NCBI RefSeq assembly: GCF_963921235.1
Contig: NC_086108.1
Coordinates: forward strand, 37,202,001-37,266,000
Length of the DNA: 64,000 nucleotides
Reading direction: 5' to 3'
Origin: Mobula hypostoma
Taxonomy: Eukaryota
Part shown: one piece after another, positions 49,701 through 63,425 of the stretch
How the letters are laid out: every line of letters begins with the position of its first letter
How positions within the stretch are numbered: position 1 is the first letter of the stretch
The notes under the pieces: generated by a model
Told to the model about the DNA's origin: nothing
The model's database searches: none
What the model saw: the letters and a program-made list of their open reading frames with translations, nothing else
Position numbers and translations under genes: made by a program

Positions 49701-50119
49701 GTTGTAGGACACTCATATGCACTCTTCTTGCCATGAACATTCCTTCTGCCTTTCTCACATCCGTCAATCAAGGTTTATCAGTTGGCTTGGCCTCGAGGGT
49801 AGAATTGTTGCTTTCTGCGGAGGAAGAATAATGTTAGTACGCTCGTCAGTCTCATGCTTCAAGTCAGATCTTGGAATTTGCCATTACTTGGTCTATAGTC
49901 TTTTATGCCTTGGCAATTTAAGTACTGCCCCAAAAGAATCAGATATGGATCAGTAACGTAGATATCAGACAGAAAGTGTGCAAGATTTTTAGAGCATTGT
50001 ATGACTTTCCCAATACCCTCTGTGAAATGTTTAAATGCATGGACGAATTTAAGCTCAAACTTTTCTTAGAGCTCGGATCCCATCTCTGACATCAATAAGA
50101 TGATGTGCAGCCTCCTTCT

Positions 50120-50640
50120 AACATAGAACAAAGAACAGTAAGCACAGTACAGGAACTTCAAAATCTACTCCAAAATCAATCTAACACTTCCCTCCCAAAT
50201 GTTTTGTCTTATCAATATGCCTATCTAAGAGTGTCTTGGATGTCCCTAATGTATCTGCCTCTACCACCATCCCTGGCAGCACGTTCCTTGCATCTACCAC
50301 TCTGTGTAAAAAAAACCTCTAACAAACCCTTATACTTTCCTTCAAACACATTAAAGTTATGCCCCCTTGTACTAGCTATTTCCACCTGAGAAATAGACGC
50401 TGGCTCTCCACTCTGTCTATGCCTCTTATTATCTTGTACACATCTATCAAGTCACCTTTCATCCTCCTTCTCTCCAAGCAGAAAAGCCCGGGTTTAATCT
50501 ATGTATTCTCATAAGGCATGCTCTCTAATCTAAGCAGCATTCTGGGAAATCTCCTCTGCACCCTCTCTACAGCTTCCACAACCTTCCTATAATGAAGTGA
50601 CCAGAACAGAACACAATATTCCAAGTGTAGTCTCACTAGA
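50120..50640 (-). mobile_element. CR1 3' fragment
   Basis: Colinear with the CR1 3' ends at 29700-29880/35553-35820. Confidence 0.7.
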
Positions 50641-50659
50641 TTTCCTTCAGGTTGCTATA

Positions 50660-51420
50660 ACCAAGGGTTGTAATGGGGACAAACTCCCACTACCTTTTAA
50701 ATGCTCCTAATGGCATGCACCTCAAATAGCCTCTGACAACCAAGCCCAGCTCCTGGCCTTCAAATGTGACTTAGCTAATAAGCCTGGCAGAATCATTTCT
50801 ACTGACAGGAGAAGGGGCAACAGCATTAAAACCAGTCACTTTGGGCCCATGGGGCTTGTCAGTTGTGGTGGCAGTTCATCTAGGAATGCAAACTCCTTAC
50901 TGCCGCTGCCTGTAGGAAGTTTGTATGTTCTCTCTGTGACTGCATGGGCTTCATCCAGGTACTCTGGTTTTCTCCCGCAGTCCAAAGATGTACTGCTTGT
51001 AGGTTAGTTGGTCATTGTAAATTGTCCGGTAATTAGGCCAGAATTAAATCGGGGGCTGCTGGGTAGCCCGGCTTGAAGGGCCGGAAGGGTCTATTCAGTG
51101 CTGTATCCCAATAAGTAAATAAATAAAGCAAAATCTGATCTCAAACCTGCACTACCTTGCAGTTATTCCCACTCATGTGGAAGGCTTCGGGAGTAAATCC
51201 CAAGCAAAAGTCAGGAGCTGGAATCTCTAAGGCAGTTCAATGCTGACTGGCAACTCCTGCAATGCTGCTGGTGTAAGCTACGTTAAACTCTGCCGTTCCT
51301 TTGGATTCATCAGCTGCACGGAGAAGGGGAGCTTGCAACATGGGTAACAGCTTGCTTTCCATATATTATACTGCTCAGGCTTGCATACCTAGACAACTAG
51401 GACACAACATTTGACAGAGG
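50660..51420 (+). mobile_element. RTE/BovB-type 5'-UTR-derived non-autonomous element interrupted by a V-SINE (~50900-51128)
   Basis: GGCAGTTCATCTAGGA...TCTGATCTCAAACC resembles RTE 5' UTRs (recalled similarity); the 3' part is similar to the SINE body at 19359-19540. Confidence 0.5.
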
Positions 51421-52379
51421 CCTCTTTCGGTCTAATTAGACCCTCCAGCCAAGATGCCACCTGCGTACAACGCTTTCTCAGTTAATATCTTCTCTATAGA
51501 CCATGAAACTATTTATTTCACTACTTGTATGACTGTTCTTCATCTTAAATGTGTTTGTGGAACTGTTAGAGCCTGTGGCCTACAGCTTGGAGATTGATTG
51601 AGAGATCCAGCACTTTGCTGTCTTCGAGAAGAAGCAGCAAGCGCAAGCCTCGAGGCGAAGGAATTATAAGATGGGGTGAGGGCTTACGTCCGACCCAATT
51701 TCGTTGAGAAAAGCTTCCATTATTTCCTGATTAAAGTGACGAGGAAGACTGAAACATCGAGGCAAATGCAGAAGGTGAGTAACGACTACCTGCCTTCGGT
51801 TTGCTGATCTGGAGAAAGAGAAGGAGAAGAAGCTAGTGTGGCCTACGACGACTCTGCTGCTGGACAAGGAGCCTGTGTGGTCTATCGCTGTGCTCGGAGG
51901 ATAGGCCCCTGCAGGTCTCCCTCTTTCGATGACATTGGTGGATGTTACCAATGTCCTCTGTTTACAGATTTGGGCTGTGGTCTATGGACCTTTTCAGTCT
52001 TATGGTTTTTATATCCTGTGTTTTGGCCCATTCTTTCTCATTGTTTTCTTGTTTGGGGGTGGGGGTAGAGGGATTTGTGAGTCCATGTTCTTGTTGCGTT
52101 CTTTGTTAATTTTTGTGAGAGGAGAAGCAGGGTTTGGGGGTCCCATGTTCTTGCTGTGCTTTGTGCAGGGGGAGCGGGGTTTGGAGGTTGATGACTGTGT
52201 TGCTGTTCTTCATTCGTGTGAGCGATGGAGTTGCTGTTTCTCTCTGAACTGACTTCCATGGTTTTTCTTGGTTTCGTGCCTACCTGGAGAGGAATCTCAG
52301 GGTTGTATACTGCATACATACTTTGATAATAAATGAACCTTTGAACCTTTTGAGTTTAATAAAGCAACAACATTACCGC

Positions 52380-54030
52380 AAGGCTCTGGAACTTAATCCC
52401 CTAATTATGGAATCCAATACACTCTACACCACCTTAATCACCCTGTAAACTGTGTGGCAACTTTCAAGAATCTATCGATGTGAACCCCAAGATACCACTG
52501 TTCTTCCACAGTTAAGAATCCTGCAATTAACCCTGCGTTCTGCTTTCAAGTTTCATTGTAACCTCTGACAACCTTCTACACTATCCACAGCACCACCAAC
52601 CTTCATGTCATCTGCAAATTTACTAATCCATCCTTCCACTTCCTCATGTAGGTCATGTATAAAAAGCACAAAGAGCAGGGGTCTCGGAACAGATCCCTGT
52701 GGAACACTACTGGTGACCAACTTCGAAACACAATATGCTCTATCTTCTACCACTCTCTGCCTTTTGCAGGCCAGCCAATTCTGAATCTATGCAGCTAATT
52801 CTCCCTGGCTCCCATGCCTCCTGAACTAGTGAATAAGTTTACCATAAGAAACCTTATCAAACATCTTACTAAAATGTATATGCACCAATTCACTGTTCTG
52901 CTTTCATCAATTTGTTTTATTGCTTCCTCAATAGGCTGTAATTCCCAGGGATATTCCTCTTAAATTCTTGAACAAAGGAATAATACTTGCGACCCTCCAA
53001 TTCTCTGCTGCTACACCCTGTGACCAGTGAGGATGTAAAGCCTCGAAACAATCTCTTCCCTCACTTTCTGTAGTAACCTGGGGCACATCATAATGTTTTT
53101 CAAATGTTCTAGCACATTCTCTTTCTTAACATTGGCATGTTCCAGCATATCAGCCTGTTCTGTGCTGACGTTACATTCCTCAAGATCCCTCTCTCTGGTG
53201 AATACTGAAGCAAAATTTTCATTAAGGACCACCGCCGCCCCACCACATCCTCTGACTCCAGGCATATTTCCTCTCTTATCCCTGATCATTCTATCTTCCT
53301 GTCCTTCACATACATTTAGAAAAAATTGGGTGTTTCCTTAATCCTACACAACAAGGGCTTCTGAACCCCCCGCCCCCTTCTACCTCTGCTAATTGCAATC
53401 TTAAACTCCTTCCTGGCTACATTGTAACTCTCTAGAGTCTTGTCTGACTCTTGCTTCCTAAACCTCAACAATGATTTTTTTCTTCCTCTTGACTAGATAT
53501 TCCACATATCTAGTCAACCATATCATCCTTTCCCTACCTCAATGGGACCAACCTACCCAGAGTCCTGTACAAGTGCTCCCTAAACAACCTCCACATTTCC
53601 ATCGTGCATTTCTGGAGCACATCTGCTCCCATGTTCCTGCTTAGTAGCATCATATTTCATCCTCCCTAAATTAAGTACTTTCCCATGTTGTCTTCTCCTA
53701 TCCCTGTCAAAGGCTATGTTAAAAGTCAGGGGTTGTGGACACTGTCTCCAAAATGCGCACCCATCAAGAGATCTGTAACCTGACCAGGTTCATTACGTAG
53801 CACCAGGTCCATTATGGCTCTCCTCTAGTCAGCCTGTCTACATACTGTGCCAGGAATCCTTCCTGGGCACATGTAACAAATTCCACCACATCTAAACATT
53901 TTGTGCTGAGGAGGTGCCAATCAATATTAGGGAACCGGAAATCACTCATGAGAACAACTTTGTTATTTTTTGCACCTTTCCAAAAGCTGCCTCCCAATCT
54001 GCACCTTAATGTCTGCTGCTATTGGGGTGT
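52380..54030 (-). mobile_element. CR1 LINE ORF2 fragments
   Basis: SSVPQGSVPRPLLFVLFIHDL..FADDMK; LNENFASVFT; endonuclease remnant SDFRFPNIDW..QEGFLAQYVDRLTRG. Confidence 0.85.
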
Positions 54031-54273
54031 CCCTCCCTTACTGTGACTGTGATACCAAGATTGTGTATATTATTGCAAAGATCACAGCTTGCATTGCAAC
54101 ACAGCCAGACACCACTCAACGTCTGAGTGCTGGACTATAGGCTCTCGCTAAGCTTTAGTTTCCACAGTCGTGACAGGCTTCACAGCTCTGACAGCAGTCC
54201 AACAGAAAGCAGGGAAGCTGATGACCAGATCTGAGATATCAGCAGTGGTTCTATGATGGCCGAGGTGGCTATC

Positions 54274-54290
54274 CTCTCTCTGTCTCTCTG

Positions 54291-54336
<46 letters not shown>
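54274..54336. repeat. (TC)n/(TCTG)n microsatellite
   Basis: Directly visible. Confidence 0.95.
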
Positions 54337-56719
54337 AGGGTGACACCACCTGTGCTCGCACCATTGCCACTTTGACTGTGTCCTTGCAGTTTCCATTCAG
54401 GTAGCGCACCCATGATGTTGCCTCTCAGCATGAGATATTGCAGTCTTACAACAGGTCATTTGATCCCAGTGGCGTTATCAATCACTTTTCACAGCTAGCT
54501 GCTGCTTCTTCCTCTGTTGGACAGTGACCATTTCCAATTTCACTCTAGCTCCAGGGAAAATATTGACCAGATGTAATAGAGCAGCAAAGACAGGCAGAAA
54601 GCACTTGCACAGAAGTGCTTAGTTGGTGGTTATATGCTTTTTAATTTCATTAGATTAACAAAAATATTTATTCATCACAATCATTACAATGTATATGTAA
54701 AGTAAGCCCATGGACTGGTTACTGTTTGTCTGTAATGAAGTTCTGAATGTTCTGAAACTCTTGATGTCTCCTGGAGATGATTATATGTTGTAATTATCAG
54801 CTCTATTAGACTGGCTCACAGACTACTTCTTAATGCACTGTAGGAGGAGACACAAGAGACTACATATGATAGAATCTGGATCAAGAAGCAAACTGCCGGA
54901 GGAACTCAGAGAGATAGACAATGTCTCAGATGGTGACCCAGCTTTAGGACTGAAAGCGTGGAGGGACGATGGACAGTCATGACCTGAAATGTTGACTGTC
55001 CCTTTGCCTCCACAGATGCTGCCTGACCTGCTGGTTTCTTCCAGCAAATGGTTTTCATTGCAGGGGAGACAGACAAATTTAACCAGAACATCTTTAACTT
55101 CCTTCCTCCAATTCCACTTTGGCTACTCTTTTCCTGTTCCTGAATGCTCAACAGAACCAGAAATACCCTGCAATGAATGGAAAACATCATAAAAACACTG
55201 AATAAACTGAGCTTCAAATGACTTCCCAACAAACCTGCAAATTATTGACGTTGTTTTAAACAGGGCAAGGTGTCAATTATATATCAGCAATTTAATTTCA
55301 CAAGTTCCAGTAGTCTATTGCAGATAGATACTGTCGAGGCACACTCCACAAGCTTTATTCATTGGTACATCTCTCGCAAAGAAGCCCAGAATTGAAAGTC
55401 GCTTTGTGTTACGCAATCTCTTAGGTTGCGATCATGTCTCATGATTGATTTTACTCTATGAAACAATTATGTAGCAATTAAAAATCATGCTCTTATTTGA
55501 TTGAATTTCTAGGCCATTACTTTTAATAAATGGTCAAATTTTGGGTGACAATGAAATATTGCCTCAGCAGTGGACAATTGCTCATTTCAACAACCTAATG
55601 TGCATCTGTCCTGTCATATGAGAAAATTAGCATTACTTCCGCAGGCACGATTTGAAATTACTTAATAAAATCCTAGTGTATGATTTCTTTGTATACATAG
55701 TTGGGAATATTCTCTGCTACTTTAGCAGAAGGGTTAATTAATTCACTTTAAACAAATTAACAACTCCATTAAAATAATAGAATAAAAGGGTCTTTTGTGC
55801 TGTGACTTTTGGCAGATCATGCCCAATGCTGATTTGTAAGGTTTATACAATATTATTTCAAAGCCTCTGCTTATTGGTCATTAATTTAGGATGTAAGCTT
55901 CCACCAAAGTTCAGAAAGCGAATGGACTGAAGATTAAATGAAATAAATGACAGTGTAGATGCAAGTGACTACATTAAGTTAGGAAAGAACATCAATTTTG
56001 CTAACTTCCGATAATTTTCTCCTCCTTTTCCTTCTCCCTCTTTTATATTCCCCATTCTGACACCCCTCTTACCCCTTGTCTTCTCACCTGCCCACCACCT
56101 CGCTCTGGTGCCTCTCCTCCTTGTCTTTCTTTCATAGTCTTCTCTCCTCTCTTTTCAGATCCCTTCTTTCTCAATCCTTTACCTCTTCCACCTATCACTT
56201 CTCACCATCTCACTTCATCCCTCTCCCCCATGTACCTTCCACCTCACCTGGTTTCACCTGCCCCACCTCCCTCACCTTCTTATTCAGGCTTCTGCATCCC
56301 TTTCTTTCCAGTCCTCATAAAGGGTCTCGGCCTGAAATGTAACTGCTTATTTCCCTCCACAGATGCTGACTGACCTGCTGTGTTCCTCCAATATTTTGTG
56401 TACATTGCTCAGGACTTCCAGATTCTGCATAATCTCCTGTGCTTATTAGTTAGATATAATTAATCTTTTGAGGCATCTGGCTGAAATAAAGGATGAATGC
56501 TTACACTTGTCCAACAACTGAAGAATTTCAGGGTTACTAAGTATATGTATATTGGTTTGATGCTCGTGTTTATTAGCTGTTACTTCTAGATTGGTGGGGT
56601 TGCTACTTCTGATAGTGCATTGTTCACAGCTGTTTAGCTGAGAGCTCTAGTTTATGTGTATTTTTTAAACTTCCACATTAGAGTACAAGAAAACCTAATA
56701 CAGTTATATGGGCGTAGAA

Positions 56720-59200
56720 TCATGAAGTCATAGAGCACACAACACAGAACAGACATTTCAGCCCACCTGTTAGAGTCCTAACTTATTCAATCTTTTCGTA
56801 TAACTCAGGTCCTCCACTTCTGGCAACGTTCTTGTAAATTTTCTGTGTACTCTTTCAAGCATATTTACATCTTTCCTGTACGTAGGTGACCAAAACTGCA
56901 CACAGCACTCCAAGTCAGGCCTCACCAATGTCTTATACAACTTTAACATAACATCTCATCTTCTGTGCTCAGTACTGTGATTTATGAAGCCCAATGTGGC
57001 AAAAGCTTTCTTTACGACCCGATATACCTGTCTTATGAATTGTGGACCTGTATTGCAGATCCCTTTGTTGTACCACACTCCTCAGTGCTCTACTGTTCAC
57101 TGTGCCCTACCCTGCTTGGTCCTACTGAAATGCAATAGCTTGCACTTGAACGCATAAAATTCTATCTGCCAATTTTCAGTCTATTTTTCCAGCTGGTCCA
57201 GATCCTGCTACAAGCCATGATAGCCTTCCTCGCTGTCTACTGTACCGCCAATGTTAATGTCGTCTGCAAATTTGCTGATCCAGTTAACCACATTATCATC
57301 CAGATCATTGATATTGTTGACAAACAACAGATCCAGCACCGATCCGTGAGGATCCCAGATCACAGGCCTCCATTCAGAGTGGCAACCCTCTACTACCACT
57401 CTCTGGTTTCTCCCCCAAAACCAATGTCTAATCCAATTTATTACTTCAACTTAACTGTTAAGGGTCTGAAGGTTCTTGACCAACTTCCCATGCATGACCT
57501 CGTCAAATGCCTTGCTAAGGTCCACGTAGAAAATATCCACTGCCTTACTTTCATCCACCTTCCTGGTAAGTTCCTCGAAAATTTCTGTAAGTTTGGTTAG
57601 ACATGACCTATCACGCATGGAACCATGCTGACTATCCTTAATCAAACATGTCTATCCAAGTACTCAGATACAGTAACTGGTTCGTTAGAATGCCTTCCAA
57701 TAACTTTCCTACTACTAATGTTAGGCTCACAGACCTATCATTTTTTGGTTTATCTTTAAAGCCTTTCTTAAACAGTGGAACAACATTAGCTATACTCCAA
57801 TTTTCTGGTTCCTCGGCTAAGGATGATGTAAATATCTCTGCTAGGGCTTGGCAATTTCTACACGCTTCCTGCAGAATCCAAGGGAATACCTTGTCAGGGC
57901 CTGGGAATTTATCCACCCTAATTTGCCTCAGGACAGCAGAAACCTCCTCCTCTGTAATCTGTATATGGTCCATGAAGTTGATATCACTTTGCCTCACTTC
58001 TATAGACTCTGTGTATATCTCCCGAGTAAATACAGATGCAGAAATATCATTTAAAATCTGCCCCATCTCTTTTGGCTCAATGCATTGATTACCATTCTGA
58101 TCTCCCAGAGGACCCATTTTGTCCATTGCAATCCTCTTGCTCTTAACTTGCGAAGGAGAATACCAAGGGATTCTACAGATCTTGTCTGCTAGGGTAAACT
58201 CGTGCCTTCTTCTAAGCCTCCTGAATTCTTTCTTAAGTGTTCTCTTGCACTTCTTCTACTCCATAAGCACCTCATTTGTTCCTACCTGCTATGCACCCCC
58301 TTTTTCAGTTAACCAGTTTCTCAATATCTCTTGAAAACCAAGGTTCCCTACACCTGTAATCTTTACCTTTTATTCTGACAGTCACATACATACTAGCTTT
58401 GTTCTCTCAAAGTTTCACTTTTGAAGGCCTCCCACTTTCCAAGTACATCTTTGCCAGAAAGCAACCTGTTCTTATCCACATTGCCAGATCCTTTCTGATA
58501 CCATCAAAACTGGCCTTTCTCCAATTTAGAATCTCAACCTGTGGACCTGACCTATGGCTTTGCATAGCCATATTTGACCTATGTCTATGAATTTGAAACT
58601 AATGGTATTGTGATTCCCCCACACAGACTTTTGTCTCCTTCCCTGCCTCATTCCCTTTCCTGTGATGCTTCTTGCATTGATATATATGCAGCTCAGGACA
58701 TTAATTGCACCATGCTCAACTTTTTGATTCCTGACTTTGTCTGAGGTTCACATCCTCTCCACTATCAATTATGGTACTCTGGTTCCCATCCCCCTGCAAC
58801 TCCAGTTTAAAACCCTCCATGTAGCACCAGCTAGGTCTTCTGCATAGTCCCATAAATCTACCAGCCTGGTATTCCACATAGTCCCATCTACCTGCGCAAT
58901 GCCTCCATTTCTCTTCATTCATGTATCTATCGAAACTTCTCCTAACTTTCATAATTGAACTCACAACTATCACTTTCACTGGCAGCTTGATCCACAATTG
59001 TACCACCCTCTGAGTGAAGAAGCCTTCCCTCAGGATCCCCTTAAGCATTTCTGCTTTCACCCTTAACCATTTTCTTCTAGTTTTAGTCTCACACAAACTG
59101 ATAGGAAAAGGCCTGCAATCATTCACTCTATCTATATCCTTCATAATTTTGTATGCCTTATGTTTCCCCTTATTCTCCTGTATTCCAGTGAATAAAGTCC
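56720..59200 (-). mobile_element. CR1 LINE ORF2 fragments
   Basis: PENWSIANVVPLFKKG..SVSLTLVVGKLLE; SQHGSMRDRSCLTKL; INDLD..FADD. Confidence 0.88.
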
Positions 59201-60180
59201 TCATCTCAGAATCAGATTTAATATCATTGGCATACAGTTCAAGACAAAATAAGAAAACACTACAAGCCACATTAAGAACATTAAATAAGTCATGCAAAAA
59301 GAGAGGGAAAAAATTAGAGAGGTAATATACATGGGTTTGTTGTCCATTCAGAATCCGATGGTAGAAGGGAAGAAGCTGTTCCTTAAACATTGTGTCTTCT
59401 CGCTCTTGTATCTCCTCCTTGATGATAAGAGGGCATTTTCAGGGTGATGGCCATCCTTAAAGATGGAGGCTGCCTTTTTGAGACATTGTCCTTTGACGAT
59501 GTCCTTGATTCTGGAAAGGTTAGTCCCCATGATTGAGCTTTTTCCAGTCCTCTGCAGTGGCCCCTCCATTAGTCAGTTATGCAACTAGTTAGAATGCTCC
59601 CCACAGTATCTGTAGAAATTTGCGAGAGTCTTTAGTGACACATCACATCTCCTCAAAGTCCTAATGAAATATAGCTGCTGTCATGCCTTCTTTGTAATTG
59701 CTTCAATATGTTGGAGCACGATAGATCTTTAGAGATGTTGACATCAAGGCGCTTGATACTGCCCACCCTCTCCACTGCCGAGGACTGGTGTGTGTTCCCA
59801 CAACTTCTCCTTCCTGAAGTCCACGATCAACTCTTTGGTCTTACCGACATTGAGTGCAAGATTGCTGTTGTAACACCGTCCACCCAGCTGATCTACCTCA
59901 CTCCTGTACGCCTCCTTCTCACCATCTGAAATTCTGCAAACAATAGCTGTGTCATCACCCAATTCATAGATGGCATTTGAGCTGTGGCTAGGCACACAGT
60001 CATGGGTGTAGAGAGAGCAGATCAGTGGGCTAAGCACGCATCCTTGATGCATCCCAGTGTTGATTCTCAGAGAGGAGGAGATGGTATTTCTGATTTGCAT
60101 TGACTGTGGTCTTCCGATGATCCATTTGAACAGAGGGGTACAGAGACCTAGGTTCTGAAGCTTGTTGATTAGTGATGAGG
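59200..60180 (-). mobile_element. Rex1/Babar-like LINE RT fragment
   Basis: INTGMHQGCVLSPLICSLYTHDC..GDDTAIV..NLALNVGKTKELIVDFRK. Confidence 0.85.
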
Positions 60181-60189
60181 GTACCTGTT

Positions 60190-61050
60190 CAGTCTTTCTC
60201 TCTAATTCTTGGTCTTCAAGTCCTGGCAATATCCTTGTAAGTTTTCTCTGCATACTTTTAAGTTTATTGATATCTTTCTTACCTGTAGGTGAAGTAGATA
60301 ACCAGAATTGCACACAATACTTCAATTTCAGTCTCACTGAAGTCTTATACAACTTCAGCATAACATTCTAACTCATATAGCCTTGATTTATGAAGGCCAA
60401 TGTGTCAAAAACTCTCCTTTTGACCCTAACTGTCTGTGTTGCTACTTTCAAGGGATTATATAGATCTGTATTCCCAGGTCCATTTCTTCTACCACTCACC
60501 TCAGTGCCTTATCATTCACTGTGTAAGCCTTACTCTCGTTTGAGGTCTTACCCTCCGAAAGAGCAACACCTCACAGTTATCTGCATTAAATTCATATAAC
60601 AGCAATGGACCCAGCACTGATCCTGGCTGCCAATAGTAATCACAGGCTTCCCATCAGAGAGAAAACTATCTACCACCACTCTCTGATTTCTCCCACCAAG
60701 CCAATGTTGAATCTAATTGACTATTTCATCCTGAATGCTAAGTGACTTCAGAACCAGCCTCCCATGTGGGACTTTATCTTAGGCCTTGCTATAGTCCATG
60801 CAACAACTTCTGGTCACCAACCTTCTTGTAGCTGCCTTGAAAAGTGCTGTGAGACATGACCTGCCCCTCACAAAGCCATTTTGACTATTTCTAATCAGGC
60901 CCTGCCTATCCAAATACTATATAACATATCCTTTAGAATACCTCCCAATTATTTACCCATGACTGATGTCAGGCTCACCGGCCTATAACTTCCTGGCTTA
61001 TTCTTAAAAAGCAGAACAATATTAGCTATCCTCCAGTCCTCTGTCACCTG
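60190..61050 (-). mobile_element. CR1 LINE fragment
   Basis: LYKTSVRLKLKYCVQFW; similar to other CR1 copies in the window. Confidence 0.75.
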
Positions 61051-61732
61051 ATTACACCGTGAGGTGAAGGGCCATACTCATAACATTAGTTATGGTATGC
61101 TGTGTATTTTCAGTGTTGATTATATTAGATGCCATTGAACTGCAAGCTTAAAGTGCTTCTGAAACGACACCTCCCCAGAACAATCTTTTTGTTTCTTTAC
61201 TCTTTCATGACCTTCTTTCACCATCCAGCAGTCCCATAATCAATTAATTTTTCCTGTGTTTCATCCAGTCAAGGACTGTCCTTTTTATTTTTTTCCTACT
61301 CCATCCTTTATCTGAACAGTAAGCATGTTAACTTTTCTCTGCTCTTATAAAAGGTTGTCTCTGTTTCCTGGCTCGCTGCCTGCTCTGCTCATATTGTTTG
61401 TTGCTTCACATTCTAGCAACTGCAGTTTTTTGTGTCTCCATTGATCTTGTGGCTGTGGAGAATAAGACCCATTTCATCATATGCTTTGGTGAGTGAGTAA
61501 AAATATGTCTTGGAGATCGGCCTCTGTGCATGCACAAGTTTGAGCATCATCTACATGCTACAACTCAATTACTAAATTCAGCTCACCTCAGTTCAGTGTG
61601 TGGGCACTGTAGATTAAACAGTTTCTTGTTAGTTTCTGAAGATTAGCTACTGTATACTCCAAGGACAGTTTGTTTGGGAGGTGAGCTACCATGTATTCAT
61701 GGGACATTCAAAGTAAGCGATGGCCAATTAGA

Positions 61733-61772
61733 TCATAGTCATAGTATAGTCATAGTCATAGTCATAGTCATA
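61733..61772. repeat. (TCATAG)n hexamer repeat, probably a LINE 3' tail
   Basis: Directly visible; followed by ACTTTATTGATCCC. Confidence 0.8.
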
Positions 61773-62594
61773 CTTTATTGATCCCGGAAGAAATTGGTTT
61801 TCGTTACAGTTGCACCATAAGTAATAAATAGTAATAAAACCATAAATAGTTAAATAGTAATATGAAACTATGTAGATCAATCAAGACAGTGAATATACTT
61901 TCTTCCAGGAGGGGCATATAAACCAAGTTGACATCAAAGGCAGAGTTCTGTCCTACTTTTAGCACTGTAGGTTTGTTATTCAGACAAATTTTGCAGTGTA
62001 TGATTTTGAAATTCTGCAGTGAGCACTGTGAAACCCAGCACCAATGCAGCTATGTACTCTGCACTGAAAACTCAGCTTGACAAAAGCAGATAAAATCACA
62101 GTAATGTCTCATTCAGGACCCTTTAGTGGACATCTCCTAGATGTGAGGTTTGCTACTTGCTTTACTGGGAGGGAAAAACAAAAATTGTTGGTTGCACAGT
62201 ATTCTTCAGTTTCCCTCAGTAAAATGGTGATGATGATGTCATCAAGTGTATGATTGACACAATGAAAAAGTAAGGCATACAGATTTGAACAGTGTTCAAA
62301 CATTTCCCAAGGGGCAGGTCTTCCACCAGATATGGTCGCTTTCATATTAAAACTTCCTAAATGCAGCATCTGTAAGTGAGCTGATTGGTACATTAGACAT
62401 AAATGGATTAAATTTCCAGGCTTAGTCATTGCAGTAGCTAAGCCCTTGTTCAGGGTTTCCTTGATAATGTGAAAATACCTCACAGATTGCCTCTTGATGA
62501 AACTTATTGAAGATGAGATGCTCTCCTAAAAAGCTAACTATAAATATGGCGGCCCTTATTTTTTTTTCTCTCTTCTTCTCTGCACCCTCTCCAG

Positions 62595-63425
62595 TTGCGG
62601 AGCTGCCTATCCACTCATGATTGTAATGGAATTGCCCAGCATCATCAAGAATCCATTTTAAGTTTTTGGAATCTGACGGTTAGAAGCAGAAGTAAGGCAA
62701 AAAAAAAGGAGTGCATTTACATAATGAACTTTTCATCTATTCCATGTTCTGGCATGGAATAGCAACACAATGAAGTCATTTTGAAATAGGCATGATTGAA
62801 ATATGGGAAAAACTGTGGTCATAAGTTGCAGAGTGATCATGACCAAAATATATTGAATGAGGGTTAAATATTACTCAATGCAAGAGACATAAAAGTTAAG
62901 CATTAAAAGGATAATTGAGCAGCTGTCTTTAGAATGCAGAAAAACCATTTGGCTAACACTTTTGCAGGTTCTTTGCTACCTGATAGAACTAAATTACAAG
63001 TGAAATTAGCACATAGCAAGTTAAATTCTGAAGTAGAACAAATTCACAGAAACTTTTGTCAAGCATAGGGATATAATTTATAATTTTCTTTTCATTTATT
63101 TTAACCTTCTTCAGGATGGCTGCAGCAACATTCAGAAATCAAGTTCACTGCTTATAAACCACAGAGTTGTACTTCCAGAGGGCAAGTTAAAGATAGCTCT
63201 ATGAAGTTTGTATGTAGACCAGGATTTCATGATGATGATGAGGTTCATGACTTGGTTCAGATTACTGAATTCCGAAGCGGAGGATTCATCACTTACTTGT
63301 TACAGTGCCTGATCACCTACATCTGGTTTGATCCATGCCCTTCAAGACTAATAAACCTTGCCATTCTTCTAGAGCAACATGCATATGTTTACAAAGAAGC
63401 CTCAGCCAATTCTGGTGTGGAATGA
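62595..63425 (+). other. Candidate spliced exon pair (62595-62691 and 63115-63425) of an unidentified transcript
   Basis: CTAAC branch point, long pyrimidine tract and CAG; A|GTAAGG donor; phase-compatible second acceptor; joined frame stays open for ~135 codons. No homology recognised. Confidence 0.3.

Noticed and set aside
50745..50822. Twister- or HDV-like ribozyme in the RTE-type 5' UTR (CTCCTG/CAGGAG stem, TAAGCCTGG, GAAGGG)
   Set aside because: Stems are present, but the twister cleavage-loop and L4 nucleotides and the HDV P1/P1.1 pairings could not be satisfied in this copy. A consensus-level Infernal search would be needed.
58716..60361. Long ORFs of 224 and 205 aa
   Set aside because: Chance read-through across adjacent Rex1 and CR1 fragments; not genes.
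62109..62483. 124-aa minus-strand ORF
   Set aside because: No recognisable motif or splice support; within chance expectation.
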